The notes beneath the pieces are model-generated. The model made no database searches. It saw nothing but the letters and a program-made list of their open reading frames with translations, and was not told the origin of the DNA. The position numbers and the translations under genes were made by a program. From positions 2,783 to 66,782 of IMG/VR virus record IMGVR_UViG_3300028840_002073: a stretch of 64,000 bases of DNA; one strand, written 5' to 3'. Below, piece after piece: positions 27,527-38,420 of this stretch (its first letter is position 1; every line of letters begins with the position of its first letter). The stretch comes from a virus.

Positions 27527-29330
27527 GGGTCCTCCCGGGGTCCGGAAGGGCCATTTTCGGCCTCCTGGGGCTCCTGACAGCCCGAATGGGCCTCCGAGAA
27601 GGCGTCCGCGAGGTTGCACCACACCGAAATGGGCTTCGGGAGGCTGATTTCCGCGATGTCGCCGCATCTGCGGCACCGGAAACGGGCTCCGTTGGCCTCT
27701 GCGACGACCCAGGGGACCTTTCTGCTCATCTGACGCTCAAGACGGCGCCCACGAGGGCCCCGAACATGGCCCAGACGGTCAAAACGGCGGCCCAGATGGC
27801 CCTTTTCAGGCCTCTCATGGCGAGCCAGGCCTCGAAGGTGTGGTGCTCGAGGCCTTCGAGGGTGTCCACGAGGCTCCGGCCGAGCCGGATCGAGCCACAT
27901 TCGGTGCAGTCGGGGTCTTCACAGCCTTCGAATGGAGGGTGTCCGAAGGTGGGGTTCACGTCATCCTCCTCTCAGCCGGTCCCAGAGGGCCCGGAGCTTG
28001 CCGGCGAGCCACATGAGCGCGTTTCGCTCATGGGTGGGGCGGTAGTAGTAGACCTTCTGGGTATCGAGGCGCATCTGACGGAGCTCGTTGAGGCGATCCT
28101 GCTCCCTGAACAGCTCCGGCAGGAACATGGTGGAGCACCGCCGGCAGACGCACGATGGGGGGTGTGGCCGCCCGCCAGGGAGTCGCCAGTCGACGTCGGG
28201 GTTCTCATCCTCTTTCCGCATCGTCCTCCCCCAGTAGCTCGCGGGCCTTGGCCCTCCATGCCAGCCACTCATGCGCAACGTCGTCATCGGCCAGCGGCTT
28301 GTCCTCGTCCACGCAGAGGGGGTACATGGCATCGACCACCCCCACCGCCTCCCGCAGGCACCTCTCCACAGTCTCCCGCACCGCCTTCTCCCACTCCCTG
28401 TCCCTCTCCTCCCGCACGCGGGCGAGGAGGACGGCGAGGGTTTCCACCTCATCGGGGTAAAACCGTGGCTTCCCAACCCATTCCCTGAGCCACTCCCGGG
28501 CCCTCGCCCGGTCCTGATCGGTTGGCTCAGTCATCGGCGACCCCCAGTAGCTCGCGGGCCTCCGCGTAGTCTTCGGGCTCAACCCAGAAATCCGGGCGGA
28601 CATAGCAGCGGCCCCTGCGCGCCTTCAGCCGCTTGACTGCCGCCCCATGCTTCCGGGGGCTGCGCCACTTCCACACGCCCAGCCGTCGCACGCGGGCTTT
28701 CGCTCGCTGCCACCATGGCTTACTCATTTCTCCCCCAGCCTGTATAGATTCCCAGCAGGAAGCACACCACCGCCCAGAAGCACGCCCACTCGACACAGGT
28801 CATTTCCCTTCCTCCCCCAGTAGCTCGCGGGCCTCGGTGATCAGGGCCGACACCACAAACCGTGTGTTGTTCGGGTCCGCCATGTGCTCCGACGCCTTCC
28901 GCAGGCAGGACTCCGCTGCCGGAATCCACTTCTCCCTGCGAGCATGAATTTCGGCGGAAATGGCAACGTAGTCCTTGGGCACTTCGAGAGCAGCCTTCAA
29001 CCGCTCGTTTTCTTCGACCAGCTTGCCACCTTTCTGTATCGCTCCTTCGAACAGAACTTTCAGCCGCTCCACCTTGCTCTCCATCTCCACTAGCATCCGC
29101 TCCCGCTCCTCCGTTGCATGGTTGGCAATGGTGACGCAGTTCTCCAGGGCGTTTTGTTGGCTTCTCCGTTCCGTTACCTCAACCCTCAGCCGGTCCCGCT
29201 CCTCCAGCAGCGCGAGGAAGTCTCGGGCCATAACTGACGCCTTCAGTTGCGTCGGCTCATAGTGAGGATCGGCGGTAGCCCGCGCCCGCTTCTCCGCTTC
29301 GGTCCAGTCAGACGTGCCGTCGTCGGCCAT
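27523..29330 (-). other. Run of small coupled genes (27523-27729, 27726-27959, 27961-28221, 28205-28534, 28527-28727, 28720-28803, 28800-29330)
   Basis: Overlapping starts and stops; CxxC, TM and coiled-coil micro-proteins. Confidence 0.6.
28228..28834. repeat. 21-bp repeat x3 at gene 3' ends (28228-48, 28541-61, 28814-34)
   Basis: CCCCCAGTAGCTCGCGGGCCT, read as ARELLG in three genes. Confidence 0.85.
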
Positions 29331-29853
29331 CTTCGTCCTCCAGTTGGGCCAGGAGCTCCTCGATGGATCGCAGCTCCGAGAAGGCCTGGGAGCGGGTCAT
29401 AACCCCGTGGTCCCCGAAGGCGCTCTCCGGCCACTCCAGGGCCTCGGTTCTGGTGGCCCAGCCCATCATGCGCGCGAGAGTCTCCTCCTCCTCCAGGCGG
29501 ACGGCCACGTAGACGTCCCGGCGGTGCCGTGCGAGCTGCGCGGAGGGGATCATCATGCGGCGGTAGTTGGCCTTGGAGGCCGTCTTCACGTCCAGGCGCA
29601 GCACGCGCCCGCTGGCCCACGCGATCACGTCGAAGTCGTCGGCCTTGCCGTCAGAGCGGTGGCAGGACCGGAAGGCCTTGCCTTTCTCCTCCAGGAGGTG
29701 CTCGAAGGCCAGGTGCCCGAGGGTCCCGAAGTAGTACCGCTGCTGGATGGACAGGTGGGTGTAGTTCTTCCGCTTGAGGGTCTTGCTCCGGGCGATCTTC
29801 GCCTCGATGTCCCGGGCCTCCTGGACCCAGGACTGCTGGATCTCGACCAGCAT
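29308..29853 (-). CDS. PD-(D/E)XK restriction-endonuclease-like protein
   Basis: G.LG..AF...DD.D...LDVKT...D.YV.V...GW pattern. Confidence 0.55.
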   Translation of the reverse strand: MLVEIQQSWVQEARDIEAKIARSKTLKRKNYTHLSIQQRYYFGTLGHLAFEHLLEEKGKAFRSCHRSDGKADDFDVIAWASGRVLRLDVKTASKANYRRMMIPSAQLARHRRDVYVAVRLEEEETLARMMGWATRTEALEWPESAFGDHGVMTRSQAFSELRSIEELLAQLEDEDGRRRHV

Positions 29854-30918
29854 CAGAACTCCAGGCGGTTGGCGGCGTCGTCGACGGCATCCCGGATTCT
29901 GGAGAGGCACCGGGTCTGCTCAAACAGCCATTGGCCGTGCGTCGATGCGGCTGGGCCGGGCTCGGCCGGCTCCTTGGGCTGCTCAGGTGCGTCGGACATG
30001 ACCGGCCCCAGCCGCTCGATCAGGTGCCTTACCACCTGGTTGAGGCAGGCCAGCTCCTTCTCGTGGTTCAGGCAGAGCGCCTCCATGATGGAGCCCTCGG
30101 TCCGCTTGCCGAGTTGCTGCCCGGCCATGGCGGCGTTGCGGTAGGCGCGGTGGTCCTCGATCCGCTCCTTGCCGCGGGCCATCTCAACCTCGGACATCAG
30201 GAGGCCTCGTCCTGTCGTTTCCTCACTCATCTTTCCCCCCTCGGGACCCGCTTTCCAGGCTGGGTCCGCTTGAACTTCGGTTTGCTGTTGAGGTACTTCC
30301 CGCAGTGCGGGCACTTCTTCCGCTCCAGGTAGGCGGCCTGTCGGCACGTCCGCCCGCAGTACTCCTGCTGCTTCGGCTGGTGCGGTGGGTACTCTCTCCC
30401 GCATCGCTTGCACGTCTTGAGCGGCGCGTTCTTCGCTCGAGGCACGCTACCCCCCGAACGCCGTCAGGTAGGCCAGCCGGTAGTGGGGTGGCGCGTTCCG
30501 GGCCATGTCCCTGGCCATGGCCTCGGTGTACTCATAGCCGTACTCGCGGAGCCAGTGACCGATCATGCGGGCCGCCCCGCCGAAGGCCAGGAGGAGCGGG
30601 TCGTACTGGTACTTGGAGATCCGGATGGTCGTCGGGTCTACGTCCATTTCCCTTCGCCCTCGCCCGGGAACTGCTCCGGGACCTGGCGTAGGAGGACCGG
30701 CTCCGGGGGCGGCTCCCGCTGGTGACGCGCGAGAGCCGCCCCCGCCGCGAAGGCCAGAGCCGCGAGGAGAAGGAGGGAAGCGAGCTTTGTCACCGGTTCC
30801 CCCTGCGGGAGAGCTGCTGAAGGCGCCGGAGCTGCTTCCTCCGGGCCTGGCGCTTCCTCTTGGCCATGGGCTTCTTGTAGTGGGGATGCCGAACCCCGTT
30901 GACCGTAAAGACGTTCAC
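29853..30918 (-). other. Five small genes (29853-30230, 30227-30445 Cys-rich Zn-finger-like, 30447-30647, 30638-30793 with signal peptide, 30790-30918 basic)
   Basis: Coupled ORFs; 30638-30793 hand-translated as MTKLASLLLLAALAFAAGAALARHQ... Confidence 0.55.
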
Positions 30919-31097
30919 GAGCCCCCCTTCAGCCGCCTCAGGAAGGGCGACTCCTTCTCCACCAGCGCCTCGAAGCATCCGGGAGGGTAGACCTCCTTCA
31001 AGGCGCAGAAGAAGACGTGCTCCTCCGCAGCCTTCTTGGCGACGAAGGGGGCCGCGACCAGGGCCGCGACCCGTGCGATGAAGCCTCGCCGCTTCAC
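30915..31097 (-). CDS. 60-aa protein: twin-arginine-like signal plus capsid N-terminus-like segment
   Basis: GTGA-coupled at both ends; MKRRGFIARVAALVAAPFVA...LKEVYPPGCFEALVEKESPFLRRL. Confidence 0.7.
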   Translation of the reverse strand: MKRRGFIARVAALVAAPFVAKKAAEEHVFFCALKEVYPPGCFEALVEKESPFLRRLKGGS

Positions 31098-32077
31098 AGC
31101 GTGAACCCGTGCTTGGCCTGGACGAGCGGGGCCTTGCACGCGATCGTCACGTCACGCCCGTCGCTCATCGTCCCGCCGGCGAACAGGAGCCCGACGAGCG
31201 CGTTGCCGTCGTAGCTGAGGATCGCGCTGCCGCTGTCGCCGCCCTGGCTGAAGGGCCCCCCGGCCGAGATGATGAGGAGCTGCTCCTCGAACAGGGCGGT
31301 GAAGTAGTTGTACGACACCTCGACCGTGAGGTCCGTGGCCTCCACGACGCCCTCGGTGAACTCCGTCGTGCGCCCCGCCTTCTTGACGTGCTCGCCGATG
31401 GTGGCGTCCCGGATGGCGACCGGTCGCCCGAAGCCGTGGATCTCGGGGGTGTAGGTGCCCCCAAACTCCTCGGCCAGGCCCGAGTCCATGAGGTTGGGGT
31501 AGTCCCCCTCGAGCGCCCCCTGCGTCGAGGGCCTCCAGGGGATCATGTCGAGGCACCCCGGGGGCAGCTCGCCGCCGCCGTTGCCCGGGTCCTCGTGGAG
31601 GATCTTCACAAACTCCGTGAGCTTCGCGGCGAAGAACCCGCTGTCGGTGATCGAGCCGCCATCGGCCCGGCCCGGCTGCAGGATCCAGTCACCCGCCGTC
31701 GCCTCGTTGCTGTTCGCCAGGACGTGGTTGTTCGACAGGATGTGAGGCCTGCCGTTCTTCATCACCCAGATCCCGAGCGTCCCCGCGGTGATGTCCTTGT
31801 GGCCGACGCTGAAGCCCCCCGGAGTCGGCCTCATCTTCTGCGTGAAAGTCTGGGGGGCCGCCACAGGGTCGCGGGGTGCCCTGATCTCGCCCCAGATGAC
31901 CACGTCGGTCGGACGGCCCTCGACGGCCCGGGGCACCACGTCGACGGGGGCCAGGCCGGCGATGGGGAGCTTCTTCGACACGACCACGACCACCGTCCCG
32001 TCCTGCCGGGTGTAGGTGGCCTTGACGTTGCGTTTCGCCAGGAGCGTCGCTCTGGCGTTTGCGGAGATGGCGGCCAT
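31094..32077 (-). CDS. Trypsin-like (S1, Nal1-type) serine protease
   Basis: GTLG, ILSNNHV (His), QPG..DGG, D..LA (Asp), GRTT, GDSGS (Ser). Confidence 0.85.
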   Translation of the reverse strand: MAAISANARATLLAKRNVKATYTRQDGTVVVVVSKKLPIAGLAPVDVVPRAVEGRPTDVVIWGEIRAPRDPVAAPQTFTQKMRPTPGGFSVGHKDITAGTLGIWVMKNGRPHILSNNHVLANSNEATAGDWILQPGRADGGSITDSGFFAAKLTEFVKILHEDPGNGGGELPPGCLDMIPWRPSTQGALEGDYPNLMDSGLAEEFGGTYTPEIHGFGRPVAIRDATIGEHVKKAGRTTEFTEGVVEATDLTVEVSYNYFTALFEEQLLIISAGGPFSQGGDSGSAILSYDGNALVGLLFAGGTMSDGRDVTIACKAPLVQAKHGFTL

Positions 32078-32103
32078 AGAGAGTCCTCCTCTGCCTGCCC
32101 TGA

Positions 32104-32132
32104 AACCTATAACTCTACAGGGTGGGTGTCAA
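32104..32132 (-). promoter_or_regulatory. Sigma70-type promoter of the protease-led operon
   Basis: TTGACA-17 nt-TAGGTT, followed by a GAGGAG RBS. Confidence 0.75.
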
Positions 32133-32186
32133 GAAAAGATGCAGGGGGATGCCCGATATTTGGGCCTCGGAGCCGGGCTCGTGGCC

Positions 32187-32614
32187 CTACTTCGGGCCCG
32201 TGATCGTCTCGCCGTCGCGCGAGGGCCCGAGGACCGTGGTGTTGGAGCTGAACTTGCCCCAGAAGGCCACCACCAGAGCGGTGAAGATCCCGCTCCACTC
32301 GTTTCCGGTCACGACCCCGTCCGCCAGGGCCAGTTGCAGCGCCGGGGCCGCGGCCCCGATCCCGTACAGCAGCGACACGACCAGCTTCTTGACCAACATG
32401 GACACCTCCAGGGGGCGCCAGGCCCCCGTCCTCTGTTTCAGCCACCAGATCACGACCCTGATGACCAGCGGCAGCCGAATCTCACCCGGCCTTCGGCCGT
32501 GTTTCCGCTCCGTGATCTTGCGAGCTCGCCTCCAGGCCTCGAGCGGCGTGAGGCCCCGCAGGTTGATGAGGTGCATCCGCCTGGCGTCGAAGTGGGCGTC
32601 CCACTCGTCCTGGG

Positions 32615-32618
<4 letters not shown>
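32187..32618 (-). CDS. Holin-like two-TM protein; internal start at 32399
   Basis: ATGA-coupled start at 32618; second ATG at 32399 with GGAGGTG SD; two TM helices around DGVVT..EW. Confidence 0.5.
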
Positions 32619-33379
<761 letters not shown>

Positions 33380-33388
33380 GTCGTCCTC

Positions 33389-35458
33389 CTACCAGAACTT
33401 CCCTTCGCCCGCCGCGTAGTCCTCGGCCATGCCTTCCGGCCCGATGTCCCGCGACCAGATCTTGATCTCGTCGACGACATGGTCTTCCTGGCCGACCCCT
33501 ACAGTGAACTGGTTGGAGGAGTCAGCGAGTCCACCATCGACTCCAGTACCACAGACCGTGTCGATGCAGGCGTAGGCAGTCGTGCCTGTGTAGCGACCGC
33601 AGGCGTGATGCCATGAGTTGAGCGTCGCATTCCCAGCCACGGCGGACACAATGCTGCCGTCGCCGACGATGAACTCAACTCGCCCCGCAGGGCTATCCCC
33701 GGTCCGGAGAATCCACCCAACGCTGGTCGAATACTCCCTCGCAATGTTGTTGTCGGTCGTGAAGTTCCGCCCATTGACCCAGGCGCAAACCGAGAACGGC
33801 CCGGCGGACCCGAACGGGCTCGTTGCGTTAGACAGGTACGAGTTATCTCCGTCGTCGAGTCGGACCCCCATCCCGCTGTCCGGCAGCTCCACCAGACCGG
33901 CGGCCTGGGTGGGAGTATTGACTCCTGTCAGATCGTTCGACCCGATGGCGTCCTCGTAGGGTCCGCCAGCCTCGGACATTGGCCAGCAGGAGACGAGAGC
34001 CACCTTGTCTGCCGTTGTGAGTTCACTACACGACTTGCCCTTACCACCGTTGTACAAAGACGATCGAATTGAGGCGTCAGGAATTCCAGTGTCGTAGTAG
34101 AAAACGGGCCCAATGACTCCATCGCTATAGTTGGTTCCATACGTCCCAACTGTGAACGCTCCTGAGCCAGTGTTTGATGTGGCGAATGTTCCAGCGCTGT
34201 CCCTGATTGTAGTATCTGCATTCCGCTCCAGGTGGACTTTATCGTCTCCTGCACCGTCCCACCATGCACATACGAATGTCCGTGTGCCATTGGCCAGGAA
34301 CGCAGAGCCAGAACTCACTGCCAAACCAGTTCCGCCACTGTCTGCGAAGTTGGCAGTGAGCACTCCAGCGCTGGAGGTAAATAGGTGGAAATCGCTGGTA
34401 GAACCAATGCCAGTCCATTTGGAAATCAAGTAGTCGTTACTTGCCATCGTCTCTGGACGAATCCAGAAGCAGAATCCACGGCCAATGGCATCTCCATCGA
34501 ACGAGGAGTTGTCGTTAACGTAGGCATACTGGCTGCTATCATTCTCGAAGTCTGCCGCATACCCCTTCGCCCCACCAGTTGGGGTAGGGGTGTTCACAGC
34601 CGAGAGGTCGTAGGCGTCCCCGTACTCGACCAGGGGATCAGACGCCTCCAGGGTCCCGGTAGCGGTCCCGTTCGCCCCGGAGATCGAGTCGGTGAGCCCC
34701 CAGGTCGAGAGGTCCATCGAATAGCAGGTGGTGGCGGTGGTGTTCTGCTCAACCCACTCGCAGTCGCGCCCAGCCCCAGAGTTGTAGAGGTCGGAGGCGG
34801 GAGGCTCACCGTCGATGAAGGTGACGATCTGGTCCACCTTTCCCACGAAATCCGGCCCAGCCGCGTTGGCCCCGATCCGGAAGTCCGCAGACGAGTTCGG
34901 GGCGTCGTAGTCCATGTCGCCCGAGTCGATGAAGTAGCCACCCCCGTTGACGGAAACCCGTGCCTTTCTGGTCGGGTCGTAGAAGTAGCCGCACATGAAC
35001 GTCTTGGCCCCGGGAGTGAACGGAGCACTCACCTCCGTCGTTGTGTCCCCATCGATCCCCCGCTCGTAGCGCACCCAGACGACGTTCGTCCCAGTGGTGA
35101 ATGACAGCTCGACGTCGATGTAGCCGCCCTTGAACAGAATCTTCTGGTCGTTCCCCACGTCGTCGAACCAGACACAGGCTGACAACCCCTGGCCGCCCGT
35201 GTGGTTGAAAGCCTCGTGGTCGGGCACAGAGACGTAGTCCCCCGAGGAGAACGTCGCTGACTCTGCCCGGTTGTGGAACGCCGAATCCCAGCCCATGTTG
35301 TCGGGGTCGTTGAACGTGTAGTAGGCAGCGAGGTTGGACCAGATGGGGGGCCAGGAGTCCCCCGCCATGTCCACGGCGCCGTCGTCGGGCTGGGACTCGT
35401 ACACCTGACCGCACACCGGGACGGCCAGGAGGAGGAGCGCGGCCAAGAGCTTCTTCAT
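33389..35458 (-). CDS. Signal-peptide, multi-LamG (concanavalin A-like) protein
   Basis: MKKLLAALLLLAVPVCG|Q; three LamG-like repeats (F.G.VDQ, G.IGP, VDE..IW.R...Y..G.G). Confidence 0.75.
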   Translation of the reverse strand: MKKLLAALLLLAVPVCGQVYESQPDDGAVDMAGDSWPPIWSNLAAYYTFNDPDNMGWDSAFHNRAESATFSSGDYVSVPDHEAFNHTGGQGLSACVWFDDVGNDQKILFKGGYIDVELSFTTGTNVVWVRYERGIDGDTTTEVSAPFTPGAKTFMCGYFYDPTRKARVSVNGGGYFIDSGDMDYDAPNSSADFRIGANAAGPDFVGKVDQIVTFIDGEPPASDLYNSGAGRDCEWVEQNTTATTCYSMDLSTWGLTDSISGANGTATGTLEASDPLVEYGDAYDLSAVNTPTPTGGAKGYAADFENDSSQYAYVNDNSSFDGDAIGRGFCFWIRPETMASNDYLISKWTGIGSTSDFHLFTSSAGVLTANFADSGGTGLAVSSGSAFLANGTRTFVCAWWDGAGDDKVHLERNADTTIRDSAGTFATSNTGSGAFTVGTYGTNYSDGVIGPVFYYDTGIPDASIRSSLYNGGKGKSCSELTTADKVALVSCWPMSEAGGPYEDAIGSNDLTGVNTPTQAAGLVELPDSGMGVRLDDGDNSYLSNATSPFGSAGPFSVCAWVNGRNFTTDNNIAREYSTSVGWILRTGDSPAGRVEFIVGDGSIVSAVAGNATLNSWHHACGRYTGTTAYACIDTVCGTGVDGGLADSSNQFTVGVGQEDHVVDEIKIWSRDIGPEGMAEDYAAGEGKFW

Positions 35459-35934
35459 GGGAGCCTCACAGTCCTCTGGGCGGTGGGTGGCTGCTCCAGC
35501 TTCCAATGCCAGTTGAGCACCGTAGGCGTGCCGAGGGAACAGTCCACGTTGGCCTCGAAGGTCACCTGATTCGTCCCGGTGGTGAAGACGACGTCCCCAG
35601 ACTGGTAGAACCCCGCGCTGCCCTGGTCCGCGTAGTCGCTCCCACTGTCCACGTAGCAGCCCAGCGACCCGGCATCGTTGTAGCAGGAGATGTAGTAGTC
35701 GGTGGTGAGGATGCGGATGTCGGTCGCGTTGAGGCACTCCGTCGTCGTGAGGAGCCTCCCGCCGAGGAAGGAGTCCGCCGGGATCTCGACGATCATGAAC
35801 TCCGTGTCCACGGACTCCGTCACCGCCGTGACGCCGTAGCTGATTGCTGCAGCCCCCGGCCCCGAAGGCGGCGGGAACGTCTGCCCCAGGAGCAGGAGCG
35901 GCGAGAGTAGCGCGAGAATCAGTAGCTTCTTCAT
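35455..35934 (-). CDS. Signal-peptide beta-sandwich protein
   Basis: MKKLLILALLSPLLLLG|QTFPPPSG; 4 Cys. Confidence 0.7.
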   Translation of the reverse strand: MKKLLILALLSPLLLLGQTFPPPSGPGAAAISYGVTAVTESVDTEFMIVEIPADSFLGGRLLTTTECLNATDIRILTTDYYISCYNDAGSLGCYVDSGSDYADQGSAGFYQSGDVVFTTGTNQVTFEANVDCSLGTPTVLNWHWKLEQPPTAQRTVRLP

Positions 35935-37929
35935 CTCACCCTCACGGAATGGTCGCCAGTGCGTACCAGGCGTAGGTGTCGGACGAGTTCTTCGCGCACA
36001 CCTCGAAGGTGTCGGCTACCCCAGCACCCCCCTGGTCCCTCCACAGCACGCCCCGGATGGTGGAGTCGCATGTCGGCTTGGTCCCAGAGTCGGATACCAC
36101 CGGGCCTTGAGGCTTGATGATGAGGCGATTGGATTCGGTCTGCTGGGTTGAACCCGAACCAAGGGCTGATCCTGTCCTCAGGTAGATCCACCCAGGAACC
36201 CCTGCACCAGTCCCGAACCCTCCACGGATGACTACAGCGCCCCCGTCGTAGTCGGTGTTCCCGGCTGCCGAATCGACACCCATCCAACTAGACAGCGATG
36301 GCGTCGAGTAGCCGTTGACGTCTACCCCTCCGATGTTCACGTAGCCCTGAGCCCCGTGGGCGAAGAACGCTCCCTGGAGCGTGTTGAGGGACGAACCGGA
36401 TGCTGCTCCCCCAGGAGCGATGGTCAGCGAGATGTTTCCTCCAGCAGCCGTACCCGTCCCGACCCCACTCCGGAGGTAGGTGCCCGTCGAGGCGGTGTCG
36501 GTTCCACTGGCCCGCTTCCCCTGAAGGATGATGTGGTCCGAGGAATCCCAGAGCCCTGCCGTGGTGTTGTCAGTGAACGAGTAGGAGGGTCCAGTGTCAG
36601 CACCGTCCGCCTGGAGGAACGGGACCGTCGCGGTGACGTCGGCCTCGTCAATGGTCATCCGAGTCGTGGCAGTTTGCTGGGTGGTGCCACTCCCGAGGGT
36701 GGTACCAGTTTGCAGGCGAATCACGCCTGGGGCTGCCGCCCCTGTAGACAGTCCACCTCTCAGGTACAGCTTCCCCGCCTCTATATCGGTGACACTTGCC
36801 GCCCTGTCCGATGCGGCAATAATGGTGTCTCCTACGAGGCTGTTCTCAATGGTGTCGAGGCCACCGATCGTCACCGTCCCGCCTGCGTTCGCAACAATCA
36901 CGGGCGAGTAGCTGTTTGGCGTACTGCCGCTGGTGGCTCCCTTCGGAGTGACCTGTACGTTGAACTCCCCGCCACCTCCAGTCCCGGTGGAGGCACCCCC
37001 CTGGAGGGCAACAGTGCCACCAGCCGCATCCGTCCCAGAGCCGTCTGCCCCAGACACGATGATCGCGCCTGACGCCCCCCACATCCCCGAGCTTGGTGCA
37101 GACGCAATCGAATAGGAAGGAGCGGTAGCAGAGCCGTCCGGACCCAGGAGCGGCCACGTCAGCCCGCCCGAGAAGTTGACCCCTGCGCCCCCGCCTGCGC
37201 CACGCGCCGCCAGGACAGGGCTCGCTGCCTCCACGTAGTCGTAGGAGATGAAGTCGGCGTCAGCAGCCGTGGTCTTGTAGGCAGTTGCCCCTGCTCCAGT
37301 CGTCCGCCCTGCCGTGGTCGGGATGTTCGTGGCCAGGGTGTCGGACCAGAGGAGCGTCCCAGTGTCGTCGTTCAGGCTGTAGGACACCGACGAGGCATCC
37401 GAGTTGACCGTGACCCGCCCGGTGTACCACGTCCCCGTGCTGATCGTGTAGGAGCTGGTGGTCGTGCTGCGGGTCCCGTTGTCGGCGGTCATCCCGTCGA
37501 GGGTGGTCCCGTCGATGTTCAGGTAGACCCCATCGGTCGGTTCCGCTGCAGTGAAGCTGTCCTGAAAGCCGAGGTGGGCAACGACGTCCGTCGCAGCGTC
37601 CACTTGGAAGACGATGACGAAGGCCTCGCCCCCTCCGATCAGGAAGCTGAAGCCGCCTACCTGCCAGTAGACGCCACCGTTGGCGTTGGAGTTGTTGCCG
37701 ACCTGCACGACACCCGGATGGGGAACCGTGCCGTCGATCTGGGTCTGGTTCCCGCTGTTGATAACCCCGGAGCCGAAGTGGGTCCCGGAGGTCCCAGTGA
37801 AGTCCCACCAGAGCACACGGGTGCCGTTGCCCCCCGAGGCCCCCTCCGGGGGGTAGACGACCTGAGCGAAGACAGGAACAGCCAGGAGTAGAAGGATCGC
37901 CAGTAGCTTCTTCATCTCACCCTCACGGA
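35920..37929. repeat. 29-bp identical direct repeats flanking the 657-aa gene (35920-35948, 37901-37929)
   Basis: CAGTAGCTTCTTCATCTCACCCTCACGGA = stop, RBS and MKKLL on the minus strand. Confidence 0.9.
35942..37915 (-). CDS. Signal-peptide tail-fibre-like Gly/Thr-rich protein
   Basis: MKKLLAILLLLAVPVFA|Q; repeated DG....PSYS and GG...L.GG.STG motifs; C-terminal PTC...RG...C...W module. Confidence 0.7.
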   Translation of the reverse strand: MKKLLAILLLLAVPVFAQVVYPPEGASGGNGTRVLWWDFTGTSGTHFGSGVINSGNQTQIDGTVPHPGVVQVGNNSNANGGVYWQVGGFSFLIGGGEAFVIVFQVDAATDVVAHLGFQDSFTAAEPTDGVYLNIDGTTLDGMTADNGTRSTTTSSYTISTGTWYTGRVTVNSDASSVSYSLNDDTGTLLWSDTLATNIPTTAGRTTGAGATAYKTTAADADFISYDYVEAASPVLAARGAGGGAGVNFSGGLTWPLLGPDGSATAPSYSIASAPSSGMWGASGAIIVSGADGSGTDAAGGTVALQGGASTGTGGGGEFNVQVTPKGATSGSTPNSYSPVIVANAGGTVTIGGLDTIENSLVGDTIIAASDRAASVTDIEAGKLYLRGGLSTGAAAPGVIRLQTGTTLGSGTTQQTATTRMTIDEADVTATVPFLQADGADTGPSYSFTDNTTAGLWDSSDHIILQGKRASGTDTASTGTYLRSGVGTGTAAGGNISLTIAPGGAASGSSLNTLQGAFFAHGAQGYVNIGGVDVNGYSTPSLSSWMGVDSAAGNTDYDGGAVVIRGGFGTGAGVPGWIYLRTGSALGSGSTQQTESNRLIIKPQGPVVSDSGTKPTCDSTIRGVLWRDQGGAGVADTFEVCAKNSSDTYAWYALATIP

Positions 37930-38420
37930 GTTTCCAGGGCCGTCCACCCCTTGTCAGGCGCAGGACCGAACAGCCCCCTCGCCTTCTCGTAGACCACCCC
38001 GTCGTACTGGATCCGGTAGGCTACCTGCACCCCTTCCCCACCGGAGTTCTTGAACGTGTTGGTCCGAAGCTGCACCGGACCCGTTGCGGGGAGGTCCACA
38101 CCCGAGAGCACCCAGGTGTCCCTCGTGTCGTCGTAGCAGTCACCGCACACACTTCCTACGAAGGGACCCGGATCGTCGTGCGTGACCGTGGCCAGCGCCG
38201 AGTCCGAGGGGTCCGTGTTCGGCAGCACCGTCGAACTCCACGTCGGGTGGCAGAGCCTCAGCGGGTTGCTCGCCACGCACGCCTGGAAGTCAGTCGTGAG
38301 GCTGGCCTCCTGCGTGTCCATCCAGGCATCCGCCTCGGCCTGGGCCTGCACCAGCGTGATCTGAGCACTGGCTGGCGCCGCCATCAGCACCAGCACAACG
38401 AGCAGCTTAGTGAACCGCAT
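37923..38420 (-). CDS. Signal-peptide hypothetical protein
   Basis: AGGAGG RBS; MRFTKLLVVLVLMAAPASA|Q. Confidence 0.7.
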   Translation of the reverse strand: MRFTKLLVVLVLMAAPASAQITLVQAQAEADAWMDTQEASLTTDFQACVASNPLRLCHPTWSSTVLPNTDPSDSALATVTHDDPGPFVGSVCGDCYDDTRDTWVLSGVDLPATGPVQLRTNTFKNSGGEGVQVAYRIQYDGVVYEKARGLFGPAPDKGWTALETP

